From: a phage
DNA length: 64,000 nt
Reading direction: 5' to 3' (one strand)
Assembly (NCBI GenBank): GCA_008273105.1
Contig: GCA_008273105.1_4080.1
Shown here: positions 54,910 through 64,000 of the stretch, piece by piece
Position numbering within the stretch: position 1 is the first letter of the stretch
Layout of the letters: every line of letters starts with the position of its first letter
The notes under the pieces: model-generated
Databases searched by the model: none
What the model was told of the DNA's origin: nothing
What the model saw: only the letters and a program-made list of their open reading frames with translations
Position numbers and translations under genes: made by a program

Positions 54910-55439
54910 AACTTCTCCTTTATAGCTGTCATATTTAGAAGAAATTCAGTAAGCAATTCCTCCGTAACATGCTCTGTATACCAGAATATCACAATATCTT
55001 TTGAAAGTCGTGTATTCATAAAAATATCTACTAACTCTTTGTAGAACTCTAGTGTTTCGAGATTTGTGAGAATTAACGAGTACTGAAAGAGTAATTCTTC
55101 CGTTAGATTAAATTCTGGATAAAGTAAATCATTGAACTCATGTGATGCAGTTTGAACTTTAATTTCTTTGAAGTTATTGGTTATACAACCGGAATAAATA
55201 TTTCGGTGCAACTCTCTGTACAACGCAGCATAATCTATGAATTTTGCTTTAGGGTTAAAATCAAGAACACTTTCACCTTTATATGACAATCGGTGGAACG
55301 CCGAGAACATAGTCACTTCCCACGGTTGCTTAATATCTAGCTCAGTAATATCAATATTATTGGACAGAAGAACCGTAAAAATCTCACCAATCTTTAATAG
55401 TAACTTAGTACGTGCCAGTGCTACCATCGGGTCAGTCAT
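54903..55439 (-). CDS. FQ-motif family protein (178 aa)
   Basis: Contains TEELLFQYSLIL. Confidence 0.5.
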   Translation of the reverse strand: MTDPMVALARTKLLLKIGEIFTVLLSNNIDITELDIKQPWEVTMFSAFHRLSYKGESVLDFNPKAKFIDYAALYRELHRNIYSGCITNNFKEIKVQTASHEFNDLLYPEFNLTEELLFQYSLILTNLETLEFYKELVDIFMNTRLSKDIVIFWYTEHVTEELLTEFLLNMTAIKEKLC

Positions 55440-55852
55440 TATACACCTTCATATTCATCAAGAAAATCTTCGATAATCATTTCAGCTTCATCCATATGCA
55501 TAGCATCAACTTCAATGATGCGAACTTTAGATGCATCCCAAATCATAAAGCTAGGAACATTGTCTGGCTCGTAATCATTTTTGTACTGAACAGCATCATA
55601 ACCTTGAGCAGTGCAATTCTCAATAAGTGAACGCCACTCATCATCACTGCCTAAATCTTCACACAGAAGCACGTTATCAACATCAACTTCTAAGGTATGC
55701 AAGTATACTGTACATGCGTCTACTACGTTCAGTGGGCTTCTCAGCTTGCGTAATGCAGCTTCCAAAGCACTGTGTTTACCTCCCATATGAAGACCACCAT
55801 ACGGGATATAAAAGTTATCAATTTTTACAGTACTCGCATGATACAGTTTCAT
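55439..55852 (-). CDS. hypothetical protein (137 aa)
   Basis: Track ORF; distinct from array neighbours (MKLYHASTVKIDNFYIPYGGLHMGGKHS). Confidence 0.5.
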   Translation of the reverse strand: MKLYHASTVKIDNFYIPYGGLHMGGKHSALEAALRKLRSPLNVVDACTVYLHTLEVDVDNVLLCEDLGSDDEWRSLIENCTAQGYDAVQYKNDYEPDNVPSFMIWDASKVRIIEVDAMHMDEAEMIIEDFLDEYEGV

Positions 55853-55861
55853 ATTTCATTC

Positions 55862-56446
55862 CTATTTCAGTACTTTAGTCAATGCTTTCACAGCGGTTTC
55901 GAGTTGAGCATAGTCGTTAATTGTAAGGTAATGAATACCATGTGCCTTCATTTCAGCATCTATTTTACTATATAAATCAAACATGTCAAGGATATGATTG
56001 TATGCATATGAAGTATTTGAAACACACAATTCTTGGAACAAACGTTCTTCCAAGTCATTCACAACTTCTCCATGAATATCAAGTACTACACCATCTTTGT
56101 AAGTGTAGTACTCTTCACTCCACTCTTCAGAAAGTCGGAACAGTAACGGATTCCCGCCGAACACTTCCATGTCATAGGAATTTATCTCACTAAGTAGTGT
56201 TTCACCTGGTTCTGGTGTGAAGTCAAAATATGCGAGTGTTGTACCATCATAGTCCTTGAGTGATATACCAGTATGATTTAAGGTTACTTCACCATAATTA
56301 TTATTCTTGAACTTGATTTTGATATTAATCTCAATGTATTTTATTGTCTCATCATCACTGAAATTGTAATCAACTTTATACTTTTTCCAAAGAAGTTTGA
56401 TATCTTTGAAGTACTTTAATTTACTTTCAATTTCTTTAAAGTCCAT
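55862..56446 (-). CDS. FQ-motif family protein (194 aa)
   Basis: Contains LEERLFQELCVS. Confidence 0.5.
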   Translation of the reverse strand: MDFKEIESKLKYFKDIKLLWKKYKVDYNFSDDETIKYIEINIKIKFKNNNYGEVTLNHTGISLKDYDGTTLAYFDFTPEPGETLLSEINSYDMEVFGGNPLLFRLSEEWSEEYYTYKDGVVLDIHGEVVNDLEERLFQELCVSNTSYAYNHILDMFDLYSKIDAEMKAHGIHYLTINDYAQLETAVKALTKVLK

Positions 56447-57038
56447 CTGGAACCACCATTTCTTGAATGTGCTTACATTTTATATTTGCCATATTGGTAT
56501 GTAATATAATGCTGTGTTTACGCAATGATTTTACTTTGTAGCACTCATTGAGTACTGAAATAATTCCCCATAACTCTTCTACACTAATAGTGATAGGTTC
56601 ACTTGTACTCAGTTGCATCAGTGCTGCTTGAACATCATCTTTGTTATTAATAGTGAACTGGATTCCTCTTTTGAGAATTTTAGTTTTTGGATTGTACTCA
56701 GCTAATACATCACCTTCTGGATAACCCTCATGAAGTAATAATGTTGTTTCAAAATCACCGCAGTTGAAGTTAATTTCATCATAATCAGGTACACAAATGT
56801 TCCCTTCCCCGTACTCATTAGGTTCAGATTCTAGTGTTAAAATACGCTGAGTTTCATTGCTCAGGATGATAGAATCATTCCAGTACTGGGTAGTGAATGC
56901 TCTACGTTTCTTTTGAAAGCACATACTCGACATTGACCCATACTTCTTGTATATGGACTTCTTGAACTCAATAGCAGCAGGAGCCACCTTGATAACTTCA
57001 CGAATTAAGTCAATAGCTTCTTGATAACTTTTTCTCAT
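56436..57038 (-). CDS. hypothetical protein (200 aa)
   Basis: Track ORF in array. Confidence 0.45.
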   Translation of the reverse strand: MRKSYQEAIDLIREVIKVAPAAIEFKKSIYKKYGSMSSMCFQKKRRAFTTQYWNDSIILSNETQRILTLESEPNEYGEGNICVPDYDEINFNCGDFETTLLLHEGYPEGDVLAEYNPKTKILKRGIQFTINNKDDVQAALMQLSTSEPITISVEELWGIISVLNECYKVKSLRKHSIILHTNMANIKCKHIQEMVVPDGL

Positions 57039-57586
57039 TTATCGTATCCATATAAAATATGATCTAGTGTACTTTGTACTTCTTCATGAAAGAATGAAGG
57101 GTAAACTTGTATCAATTTATCTTTAAGTTCAAGGGAATGGCATAGTTCTAATGTTTTGTAACAATCCTCGTACTGTGCCAGATCATGTAATGTACTTAAC
57201 TGAAAATGTTGTTCTTCGGAGTACAATAAATCATAAACCATATTATCGGATAAAAGATTAGATTTGATTGAAGGATCAAGTACTGTCTGGTGGTGACCAA
57301 CCCAAAAGATAGCTTTTGAGTTAATGTTATTACAACCCCATCCTTTCCCCATCTTTTGGTGAATAGCAAATACACAGGAATCATACAAATTAATGCTCAG
57401 ACGTTCTTCGTCTGCATGGATAGTTACACCATCAATAGATAGTGTATATTTGAAATCCATAGCCCCCTCACTTCGTGCACGAGAACTAAAGACCAGATAT
57501 CGATGAATTATGGTATTGATTTTATCTGTCCATCCATCAACACATTTGGATGCACATAATGTAAAAAGATCATGATTGTAGTTCAT
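57035..57586 (-). CDS. FQ-motif family protein (183 aa)
   Basis: Contains SEEQHFQLSTLHDLAQYE. Confidence 0.5.
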   Translation of the reverse strand: MNYNHDLFTLCASKCVDGWTDKINTIIHRYLVFSSRARSEGAMDFKYTLSIDGVTIHADEERLSINLYDSCVFAIHQKMGKGWGCNNINSKAIFWVGHHQTVLDPSIKSNLLSDNMVYDLLYSEEQHFQLSTLHDLAQYEDCYKTLELCHSLELKDKLIQVYPSFFHEEVQSTLDHILYGYDK

Positions 57587-57647
57587 AAAATTCTCCTTTA
57601 GGACAATGTATCATACAAAAATACCAGAGTCAACCCCTGGTACGAAT

Positions 57648-58229
57648 TTAATCCATCATAAGTGGGATAATTGCCCATATCTTTTTCATAATCATATCTT
57701 CAGTAAAAACAAATGTTTTAGGAGCAGTATATGATATTGACACACCAAATGGAAGTTTGATTGCATCATCAATTATATTATGAATATCAAACCATGTTTT
57801 AACATAATCATACGGTGGAAGTTCATGAATTGTACTTAACTGAAAGTAATTCTCTTCACCAAAATCACTATATTCAATTTCACAAATTTTAGTGAATTGA
57901 TGATTCCATTTAGATATAATACTATTTTTATTATTGTACATAGTAGTTCTATGCATAAAACCATTTTTGCTAGTATGATTTGATATTACGTTTTCTTCAA
58001 TGTCAGTATCTATTTTAAAATTCATATCAAAGTTGTAGTACGGACTCGAAGATTCTTTGAATTTTAAATGTAAATTACGATTGTTATTAATTTCAATTTC
58101 AATACAAAACACATCTGAATCAAAACGATTAAACTTGTAATCGTTATCTTCCGGTAGATTCTGTATTTTTTTCATAATACTAAGCATAGGGTGTACTACA
58201 CTTTTAATAAAATCATTTGTTATTTTCAT
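57648..58229 (-). CDS. FQ-motif family protein (193 aa)
   Basis: Contains GEENYFQLSTIHELPPYD. Confidence 0.5.
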   Translation of the reverse strand: MKITNDFIKSVVHPMLSIMKKIQNLPEDNDYKFNRFDSDVFCIEIEINNNRNLHLKFKESSSPYYNFDMNFKIDTDIEENVISNHTSKNGFMHRTTMYNNKNSIISKWNHQFTKICEIEYSDFGEENYFQLSTIHELPPYDYVKTWFDIHNIIDDAIKLPFGVSISYTAPKTFVFTEDMIMKKIWAIIPLMMD

Positions 58230-58722
58230 AGTATTCCTTTAGAACTTTATATGATTCAACAATACTATCTTGTGTATAATTTGAACTATATACAACAGCA
58301 CTTGTTTTAGTTGACCATAGATATGACATAAAGGTTATAACACTACTACATGGACTTAATGTATTGTTTTGAAATTCAATTTCTTCAATGTTATCAGTAC
58401 TGGTATAGATGAATTGGAAAGTATCCATTGATTTATTGGACAGCGATACTATAGTAGAATCCGTACCAGGACTATACATGAATGTCTCATTGCTAATAGT
58501 ACTATCATTAGTATATGATGGTTTAGGAATATAAATCAAACGCATGATATCACGCTCCAGACCTGACTTATTACTTTCCACCAAAGAAATCATATCTATA
58601 TTTGTTATATGTTCAACACTGACATGGAACTTTTTGTTTAGAATTACATCTTTTGGAGAATTTTTATATGAAGACAAAATCTCATACATCTCAACCAATT
58701 CGCGTGCATTTAATAAACTCAT
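58213..58722 (-). CDS. hypothetical protein (169 aa)
   Basis: Track ORF in array. Confidence 0.45.
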   Translation of the reverse strand: MSLLNARELVEMYEILSSYKNSPKDVILNKKFHVSVEHITNIDMISLVESNKSGLERDIMRLIYIPKPSYTNDSTISNETFMYSPGTDSTIVSLSNKSMDTFQFIYTSTDNIEEIEFQNNTLSPCSSVITFMSYLWSTKTSAVVYSSNYTQDSIVESYKVLKEYYENNK

Positions 58723-59147
58723 GTTTTGTCTCTTAATGAAAGAATATCCTTAGTATAAACTGAAACAGAAATATGATTATATTTCATCATTAATTTATAC
58801 ACATAAGAAGCTAGTACTAAATCGTAAATTAATTTAGTATTATATAGTACTTGGTATTGTAACGCAAGTGAATCAATATCATCTTTACTTTCAATATCCA
58901 GAAATGTACCAAAAATTGTAGTACCGTAGAGATGAAAAGTGGAATTAATGCAATCAATGCATTCATTGTCCAACAGAGTAGATGATGATGCCCTCGGTGA
59001 ATCCCAAATAGTCACTGCGTGTATGCCCTCAACGAACAAATCTATCCATATTTTGTGTCGTTGTCTTTTTTTTGTTTTATAATTTTCTGGATTTGAAAGT
59101 GTAGTTTCAATTATATCCCATATGTACAAACAATCATCTCTTGTCAT
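58719..59147 (-). CDS. hypothetical protein (142 aa)
   Basis: Track ORF in array. Confidence 0.45.
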   Translation of the reverse strand: MTRDDCLYIWDIIETTLSNPENYKTKKRQRHKIWIDLFVEGIHAVTIWDSPRASSSTLLDNECIDCINSTFHLYGTTIFGTFLDIESKDDIDSLALQYQVLYNTKLIYDLVLASYVYKLMMKYNHISVSVYTKDILSLRDKT

Positions 59148-59725
59148 TATAGCACCTTATCCATTGCTGCATTTAATGCTGTTAAACGATCTACATTCAA
59201 ATTATTGAAGATGTATGTTCCTAACATGTGGAAATCGAACTGGTACTTTTTGTATTCATGATAAATTAAACTACAAAAAATAACAGTACTAAGAACCTCT
59301 TCAGGTATAACAGTGCTCATCTGGAACAGTTCTTCTTTAACTGTACTTGATTCTGGATTGATAGATTTTAACACATACTCTTCATCACCGAATAGTACTT
59401 TAATATTATATAAAACACCAATAGTACTAATATGGAATGGGTGGTGTGAAAAACTTCCATCATCCTTAATTTGTATATCGGTTATAATCTCACACTCTTC
59501 ATTACTTTTATTTTTATTTTTTACAATACAAATATTTCTAGCCCCAGAAATAGTAAGAATACCGTGATCGTAATATTCATTGGACCAACATTTAGATGAA
59601 ATTGCTACATCACGGATGAGGTATTGTTTTTCAATTTCTTTTGCACTACTAACAATTGATAACATTTTTGTACTGATATCATATAATAACTGATGGCGTT
59701 CTGTCATATAACTATAAGCGTTCAT
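59147..59725 (-). CDS. FQ-motif family protein (192 aa)
   Basis: Contains VKEELFQMSTVIPEE. Confidence 0.5.
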   Translation of the reverse strand: MNAYSYMTERHQLLYDISTKMLSIVSSAKEIEKQYLIRDVAISSKCWSNEYYDHGILTISGARNICIVKNKNKSNEECEIITDIQIKDDGSFSHHPFHISTIGVLYNIKVLFGDEEYVLKSINPESSTVKEELFQMSTVIPEEVLSTVIFCSLIYHEYKKYQFDFHMLGTYIFNNLNVDRLTALNAAMDKVL

Positions 59726-60296
59726 ATTTTTCCTTAACCGATTCTATATTTTGAAGTAGTGTATTCAGAACATCAGTCTTGTAATTGATAAAATCATTGT
59801 ACATAACTAGTTCACCACAATCAAGAACTTTTGCAGTATCGTAACAAAGCATTAAGTACTCGAATTCTTTGTAATTGTCCAACAATGATTTCTGGAAAAT
59901 GAATGCATCTCGAATATCTTCACTTTGGTCTAATTCTGGTGGAACATCCAACCCAATAAAACCATCATCTTCACTGAAATCAGATTCTACAATTTTATTC
60001 ATTTTTTCATGTAATGCATTCGCAAATACCATATTAGAAGAAATAGAACCAATACGTTCACGATTTCTGGATGTGCGAATGTACATAGTAATCGTATCCC
60101 ATGAACTTTTAATTTTTTTAGAAAATTCATAAGTTTTATATACATCCAACTGAACTGAACCAAAACGATGTTTGGATTTGTTTTCAATTTTCAGTCGATA
60201 ATCACCAAATTCAACAATTTCTGTAATGTCATGAATCTCTGAAAGTTCTGCAATGTCATGCATGAGTCTCAAAATTTTAGTTCTGATATGGTTCAT
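59712..60296 (-). CDS. FQ-motif family protein (194 aa)
   Basis: Contains RDAFIFQKSLLDNY. Confidence 0.5.
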   Translation of the reverse strand: MNHIRTKILRLMHDIAELSEIHDITEIVEFGDYRLKIENKSKHRFGSVQLDVYKTYEFSKKIKSSWDTITMYIRTSRNRERIGSISSNMVFANALHEKMNKIVESDFSEDDGFIGLDVPPELDQSEDIRDAFIFQKSLLDNYKEFEYLMLCYDTAKVLDCGELVMYNDFINYKTDVLNTLLQNIESVKEKYERL

Positions 60297-60859
60297 TGTG
60301 CATCCTCGAATTTAACAGGTACATGTTCATTAATGAAATTCTTAAGAGCCTGTACTAAATCCTCTAATTCTTTTGTACTGTATTTTAAAATAGTTTTAAA
60401 GTGAATCAAATCTTTTCTTTCCATGATCTTTGGAATTTTATATGCTAACTCTAAACAGCGTACAGTACTGGTATCATACAAAAGGTTTGCGTTGAACATT
60501 AGCACATTGTATTCATCAGATGAAATTTTATAATTATATGTATCAATCACTTCATGTGTGTATAAATTCTTATACACAATTTTATTCTCACTGAAGTTTG
60601 AGCAAACACACAGATAATCGTTGTAAAATGAAGAACGATAATCTTGTTTACGTTGTACATCTGCTATGATTTGTAATACTGTATATTTTTCTTCAGAATC
60701 CAACTCAATGTTAGCATAACTGCTCGCAGTTTCAGATACAAGGATATTGATGTTATATTTCTCATTAACTTTAATGTACTGGCGTGAACCAGTATCAGGA
60801 ATGAACTTAAAACAATGCTTCAGAAGTAAGGTAACTTCTTTAATTAATTCAGTACTCAT
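60293..60859 (-). CDS. hypothetical protein (188 aa)
   Basis: Track ORF; AGGAG RBS; first gene after the promoter at about 60887-60915. Confidence 0.5.
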   Translation of the reverse strand: MSTELIKEVTLLLKHCFKFIPDTGSRQYIKVNEKYNINILVSETASSYANIELDSEEKYTVLQIIADVQRKQDYRSSFYNDYLCVCSNFSENKIVYKNLYTHEVIDTYNYKISSDEYNVLMFNANLLYDTSTVRCLELAYKIPKIMERKDLIHFKTILKYSTKELEDLVQALKNFINEHVPVKFEDAQ

Positions 60860-60886
60860 ATCTTCTCCTGTACTCTATTAAAAGCG

Positions 60887-60915
60887 ATTATAACACATCT
60901 GAATGCTACTGTAAA
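60887..60915 (-). promoter_or_regulatory. sigma70-like promoter (TTTACA, 17 nt, TATAAT)
   Basis: Read on the minus strand: TTTACA gtagcattcagatgtgt TATAAT, directly downstream of a terminator and about 30 nt upstream of the 60859 ATG. Confidence 0.45.
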
Positions 60916-60924
60916 GACGTAAAC

Positions 60925-60948
60925 ACAAAAAGACCCAATACGGGTCTT
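60925..60948 (-). terminator. rho-independent terminator
   Basis: Minus-strand hairpin agacccgtattgggtct followed by TTTTTG, immediately after the stop at 60948. Confidence 0.5.
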
Positions 60949-61514
60949 TATTTTGGTAAAACACTGTCAATGTACGCTAGAGCTTCATCTCTGAGGTATG
61001 TTCCATCTATCGTTAGGTAATAGTTCATGGGAATATCACTCCCAACCTTCTCATAAATTTTCATACATGATATCACATCTTCATCACAAATGGTACTTAA
61101 TTGAAAAAGTACTTCATCAGTTAAAGGTACGATATCATGTTTAGATATAGGATTGGTATTTTCATTTAAAACAATATCAAACAAGTTGGGAGTATTCTTT
61201 GACGAAATGTAACGATGTTTACTACGAATTACCATTCTCGATAGTGAAATACTGGAACTCCATCTTGGGTCCACATCTTCGTATGATAATGAAACTAACA
61301 TTTCATAATAATCTTGGAATTTCATTGATGCATAATATGTTTTTTCCTCACCGTACATTCCAAATGATTTGAATTCAATGTCACCTATATTGTGTGTATC
61401 ACTGGCACTATTCACGAAATTTAACAGACTGTTGATTAGTCTAATTAGAATATCATCTTTATCCATTCTTAAATAACTCCAAGTGCATGTCGTATAAATC
61501 TCTGAAGTCTTCAT
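60948..61514 (-). CDS. FQ-motif family protein (188 aa or slightly shorter)
   Basis: Contains TDEVLFQLSTICDED; N-terminus overlaps upstream ORF so internal start possible. Confidence 0.5.
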   Translation of the reverse strand: MKTSEIYTTCTWSYLRMDKDDILIRLINSLLNFVNSASDTHNIGDIEFKSFGMYGEEKTYYASMKFQDYYEMLVSLSYEDVDPRWSSSISLSRMVIRSKHRYISSKNTPNLFDIVLNENTNPISKHDIVPLTDEVLFQLSTICDEDVISCMKIYEKVGSDIPMNYYLTIDGTYLRDEALAYIDSVLPK

Positions 61515-62022
61515 AGAAATCTTTTTCTACCAGAATATCCTTTAAACTAGGAAACTCTTCCATAATTTCTTCTATATCCGATTCTATGAAAAACCCTGAT
61601 GGTTTATCGTAGTTTTGTAACAGATAACTGAAAGTAATAATGTAAAGAAGTTCATTAGGATTGTGAATTAAACTTAGCTGGAACATAGCTGATTCTAAAT
61701 CGGATTCAGTACTAAGATCAACCCAACGTGAATTTCTATAATCAATTCGTACTTGACTTGTATTTGGATTCCATGTGAAGCAATGTGTACCAATATGACC
61801 TATACAACCAACCCTTGTACTGTCTCCGGTATCAACACTGATATCAACAAATAGTTCAACACAGATATCGGATGATGTTACACGACCTTTTTTCAGAAAT
61901 AAATCATTATCCTTACGAAATTGTTTGGATGAAAGAGTGTCAATGATGCACATCAATGTTTTTGCAAATGCAACACAATGACGAAATTCAAGCCTATGAA
62001 ATTGGTAATCATTGATATTCAT
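61459..62022 (-). CDS. FQ-motif family protein (187 aa)
   Basis: Contains LESAMFQLSLIHNPNE. Confidence 0.5.
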   Translation of the reverse strand: MNINDYQFHRLEFRHCVAFAKTLMCIIDTLSSKQFRKDNDLFLKKGRVTSSDICVELFVDISVDTGDSTRVGCIGHIGTHCFTWNPNTSQVRIDYRNSRWVDLSTESDLESAMFQLSLIHNPNELLYIITFSYLLQNYDKPSGFFIESDIEEIMEEFPSLKDILVEKDFYEDFRDLYDMHLELFKNG

Positions 62023-62561
62023 AATTCAACCCCCAATATTTTATCAGCAATTGATATAACCTTATCATTGAATACATTACCAATCTCAATCCTTATATAC
62101 ATAGCAGGTGGAATCTTTCCTTGTAGTGAATAATATGTTTGTATACCTAAGTACTCATTATCTGATAATGAAAATTTGATTCTCTCCATATCAATGTCTG
62201 TTACTGGTAAATCAATCATTTCATAATGGTAGTCAACGTTTTCAGTGTATATTTTATCGAAGTAATTTGAATAATCACTACTAATATAGATGCTATCATC
62301 ACGAATAATCACTTTATAATCAGAAGGTTCAAATTTATCTTTAGAAGAAAAGAATGCATCATCTATCTTCTCTTCTCTTATACCGAATAACATTTTACCA
62401 TCATATTTTACATCAAGAATACTACCTAGTATATTAATGGTACAATGCTCATCAATATTATGACGTAAAGAACGAGTCTTGTATTTTGGGTTAATGAAAA
62501 TTTTCATTAATTTTATACAAATGTCAGTAATGTATTTTACATTCTCATTTTCTATGTACAT
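62019..62561 (-). CDS. hypothetical protein, possible diverged family member (180 aa)
   Basis: Track ORF in array. Confidence 0.45.
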   Translation of the reverse strand: MYIENENVKYITDICIKLMKIFINPKYKTRSLRHNIDEHCTINILGSILDVKYDGKMLFGIREEKIDDAFFSSKDKFEPSDYKVIIRDDSIYISSDYSNYFDKIYTENVDYHYEMIDLPVTDIDMERIKFSLSDNEYLGIQTYYSLQGKIPPAMYIRIEIGNVFNDKVISIADKILGVEL

Positions 62562-63048
62562 TAAAAGCCCTCTTTAATTCTTTTACATTTTTAATGAATA
62601 CTTTCATTGCAGAAATCTCAAAAGATAATGTATTAAATTTGCAGTACTTTTTAAAGTACGACATTATGAATAACATTTTGAGTTCTTTTTCTGTATAAAT
62701 TAAACTGTTTTGAAAGTAACTTTCTTCGGAAATGTCCGTAAGAAAAGAATAAAATGTATTTTGCTTGTGCACAATTTTAATACTATCAGACCAAGATTTG
62801 TATGAAACGTAATCAGTACGTGCAAAATCATATAGTGAATTAGATGTATCTGTGTATGTTTCCGAGAACACAATCTTATATATCTTATCGTGAATTCGAG
62901 AACATATGTACCTATGGTCATCTGTCTCACTGATTGCAATGTATCTATGGAGTAAATCTTTATGAGCATTGATGAACTCAAACACTTCTAAACACTCCTT
63001 AGCGAACTTCATAGTTTCTCTGTACTTTCGGTTCATTAGTCTCTCCAA
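62545..63048 (-). CDS. FQ-motif family protein (167 aa)
   Basis: Contains SEESYFQNSLIYTE. Confidence 0.5.
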   Translation of the reverse strand: MERLMNRKYRETMKFAKECLEVFEFINAHKDLLHRYIAISETDDHRYICSRIHDKIYKIVFSETYTDTSNSLYDFARTDYVSYKSWSDSIKIVHKQNTFYSFLTDISEESYFQNSLIYTEKELKMLFIMSYFKKYCKFNTLSFEISAMKVFIKNVKELKRAFNVHRK

Positions 63049-63449
63049 ACTTTACCAGGGAAGTGTTTTTCGTAGTACTCATCATCACTTAACATATAAT
63101 CAGGAGTTTCTACTTCTATGGTTTTGAAGATTGTTTCTGGAATGTGTGTGACTTTATTGGGTTGTACTTTATGTTCGCGTAAAACCTTCTGTATCGCTCC
63201 TAGACGTTGTAAATCGATACATGTAGGAAGAACTAAGCTGTACTGGAATAACTCATCAGGGGTCATTATAGACACATCCTTAGCTTGTTTGATTTTATTG
63301 TTGGCATCAATGAATATATCAAATCCATGTACAGCATTATAGCTTACATAGGTTGTTTTATTTTTGTCAATAGGAGCACTTAAACGATATCCATATACCC
63401 CGTGTTGATCAACAAGACAGCGTTGCATAATTTTAATCATTTCTAACAT
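63036..63449 (-). CDS. FQ-motif family protein (137 aa)
   Basis: Contains TPDELFQYSLVLPT. Confidence 0.5.
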   Translation of the reverse strand: MLEMIKIMQRCLVDQHGVYGYRLSAPIDKNKTTYVSYNAVHGFDIFIDANNKIKQAKDVSIMTPDELFQYSLVLPTCIDLQRLGAIQKVLREHKVQPNKVTHIPETIFKTIEVETPDYMLSDDEYYEKHFPGKVWRD

Positions 63450-63795
63450 AATTTACCTCATATGTATTGTAACACCACGGTTTAACAATATCTATTTGTA
63501 TATCATTTGCTTCATGAAAATGTTTAAGTACCTTTTGGTATTCCATTATTTCGTACACATCTTCAGTACTTATAGTGTTCTCCTGAAACAATTCCTCTTC
63601 TGATAAAGTACTATAATCAGGGATTTTTATTTCTGAATATATATCATTTATCTTTCCATTATTTTGATAAATCTGAATATAAAATTGATTGTACTCTGGA
63701 ATATAGGTTACATAATGGTTGTAGTTGATTACATATCTTGAAACAAAGTATTCAGAACCATCAGTCATGTACTGAATTGTTTTCTTATTTTGCAT
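63433..63795 (-). CDS. FQ-motif family protein (120 aa)
   Basis: Contains SEEELFQENTISTED. Confidence 0.5.
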   Translation of the reverse strand: MQNKKTIQYMTDGSEYFVSRYVINYNHYVTYIPEYNQFYIQIYQNNGKINDIYSEIKIPDYSTLSEEELFQENTISTEDVYEIMEYQKVLKHFHEANDIQIDIVKPWCYNTYEVNYVRND

Positions 63796-64000
63796 TCAAA
63801 TAATCCACGCATTTATAGTAGACTGCTAAATCTAAAAAGAATCGTTGATTGTATTTGTAATGATTAAGTAGTGCACCATAAAATAACATAGCATTAAGTA
63901 CTTTTGTATCATTAATCAATGATTTCTGAAAGTACATTTCCTCTGACATGAATACTAAATCATTATATGGAACTTGTACTGCTTCTCTAAATGTATCAAT
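63785..64000 (-). CDS. partial CDS (5' end beyond window end), FQ-motif family
   Basis: Hand-translated open minus-strand frame ...VFMSEEMYFQKSLINDTKVL...VDYLNAK ending with TAA at about 63785. Confidence 0.4.
   Translation of the reverse strand: MDTFREAVQVPYNDLVFMSEEMYFQKSLINDTKVLNAMLFYGALLNHYKYNQRFFLDLAVYYKCVDYLNAK

Noticed and set aside
1-64000. CRISPR array or other long direct-repeat array
   Set aside because: No regularly spaced direct repeats of 25-40 nt were seen; the only tandem repeat is the short in-frame coding repeat at about 35540..35585.

Overview
This 64 kb window reads as a densely packed, AT-rich segment of a large virulent T4-like myophage genome, with almost every gene on the minus strand. 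Calls rest on motifs I could read directly in the translations; no database search was run. Well-supported genes include the anaerobic ribonucleotide reductase pair (NrdD with C-terminal glycyl-radical motif RVSGY; NrdG with CxxxCxxC), a T4 gp30-like ATP-dependent DNA ligase, T4-like polynucleotide kinase/3'-phosphatase, T4-like RNA ligase 1, dCMP deaminase, an intact ClpP protease, a PIN-PhoH ATPase, a phage Dam-type N6-adenine methyltransferase, two metallophosphoesterases, and three paralogous tail-fibre-like proteins behind a TATAAATA late-promoter motif. Less certain calls are a Sir2-like protein, a degenerate Nudix protein, an NMN-adenylyltransferase-like protein, an HslV-like N-terminal-Thr peptidase and a small TadA-like deaminase. 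Candidates for something new: (1) a family of at least 16 paralogous 120-230 aa proteins sharing a [DE]-E-x-F-Q-x-S-T/L motif, mostly in a tandem array from 53.5 kb to the window end; (2) a roughly 520 nt ORF-free, GC-enriched island at 49.44-49.96 kb bounded by a terminator; (3) a probable LAGLIDADG intein inside a Pol-beta-type nucleotidyltransferase; (4) an NAD-related gene cluster; (5) two further tandem paralog families. Hand-derived coordinates for terminators, promoters and adjusted starts may be off by 1-2 nt; ORF coordinates follow the supplied track, which appears to allow non-ATG starts.
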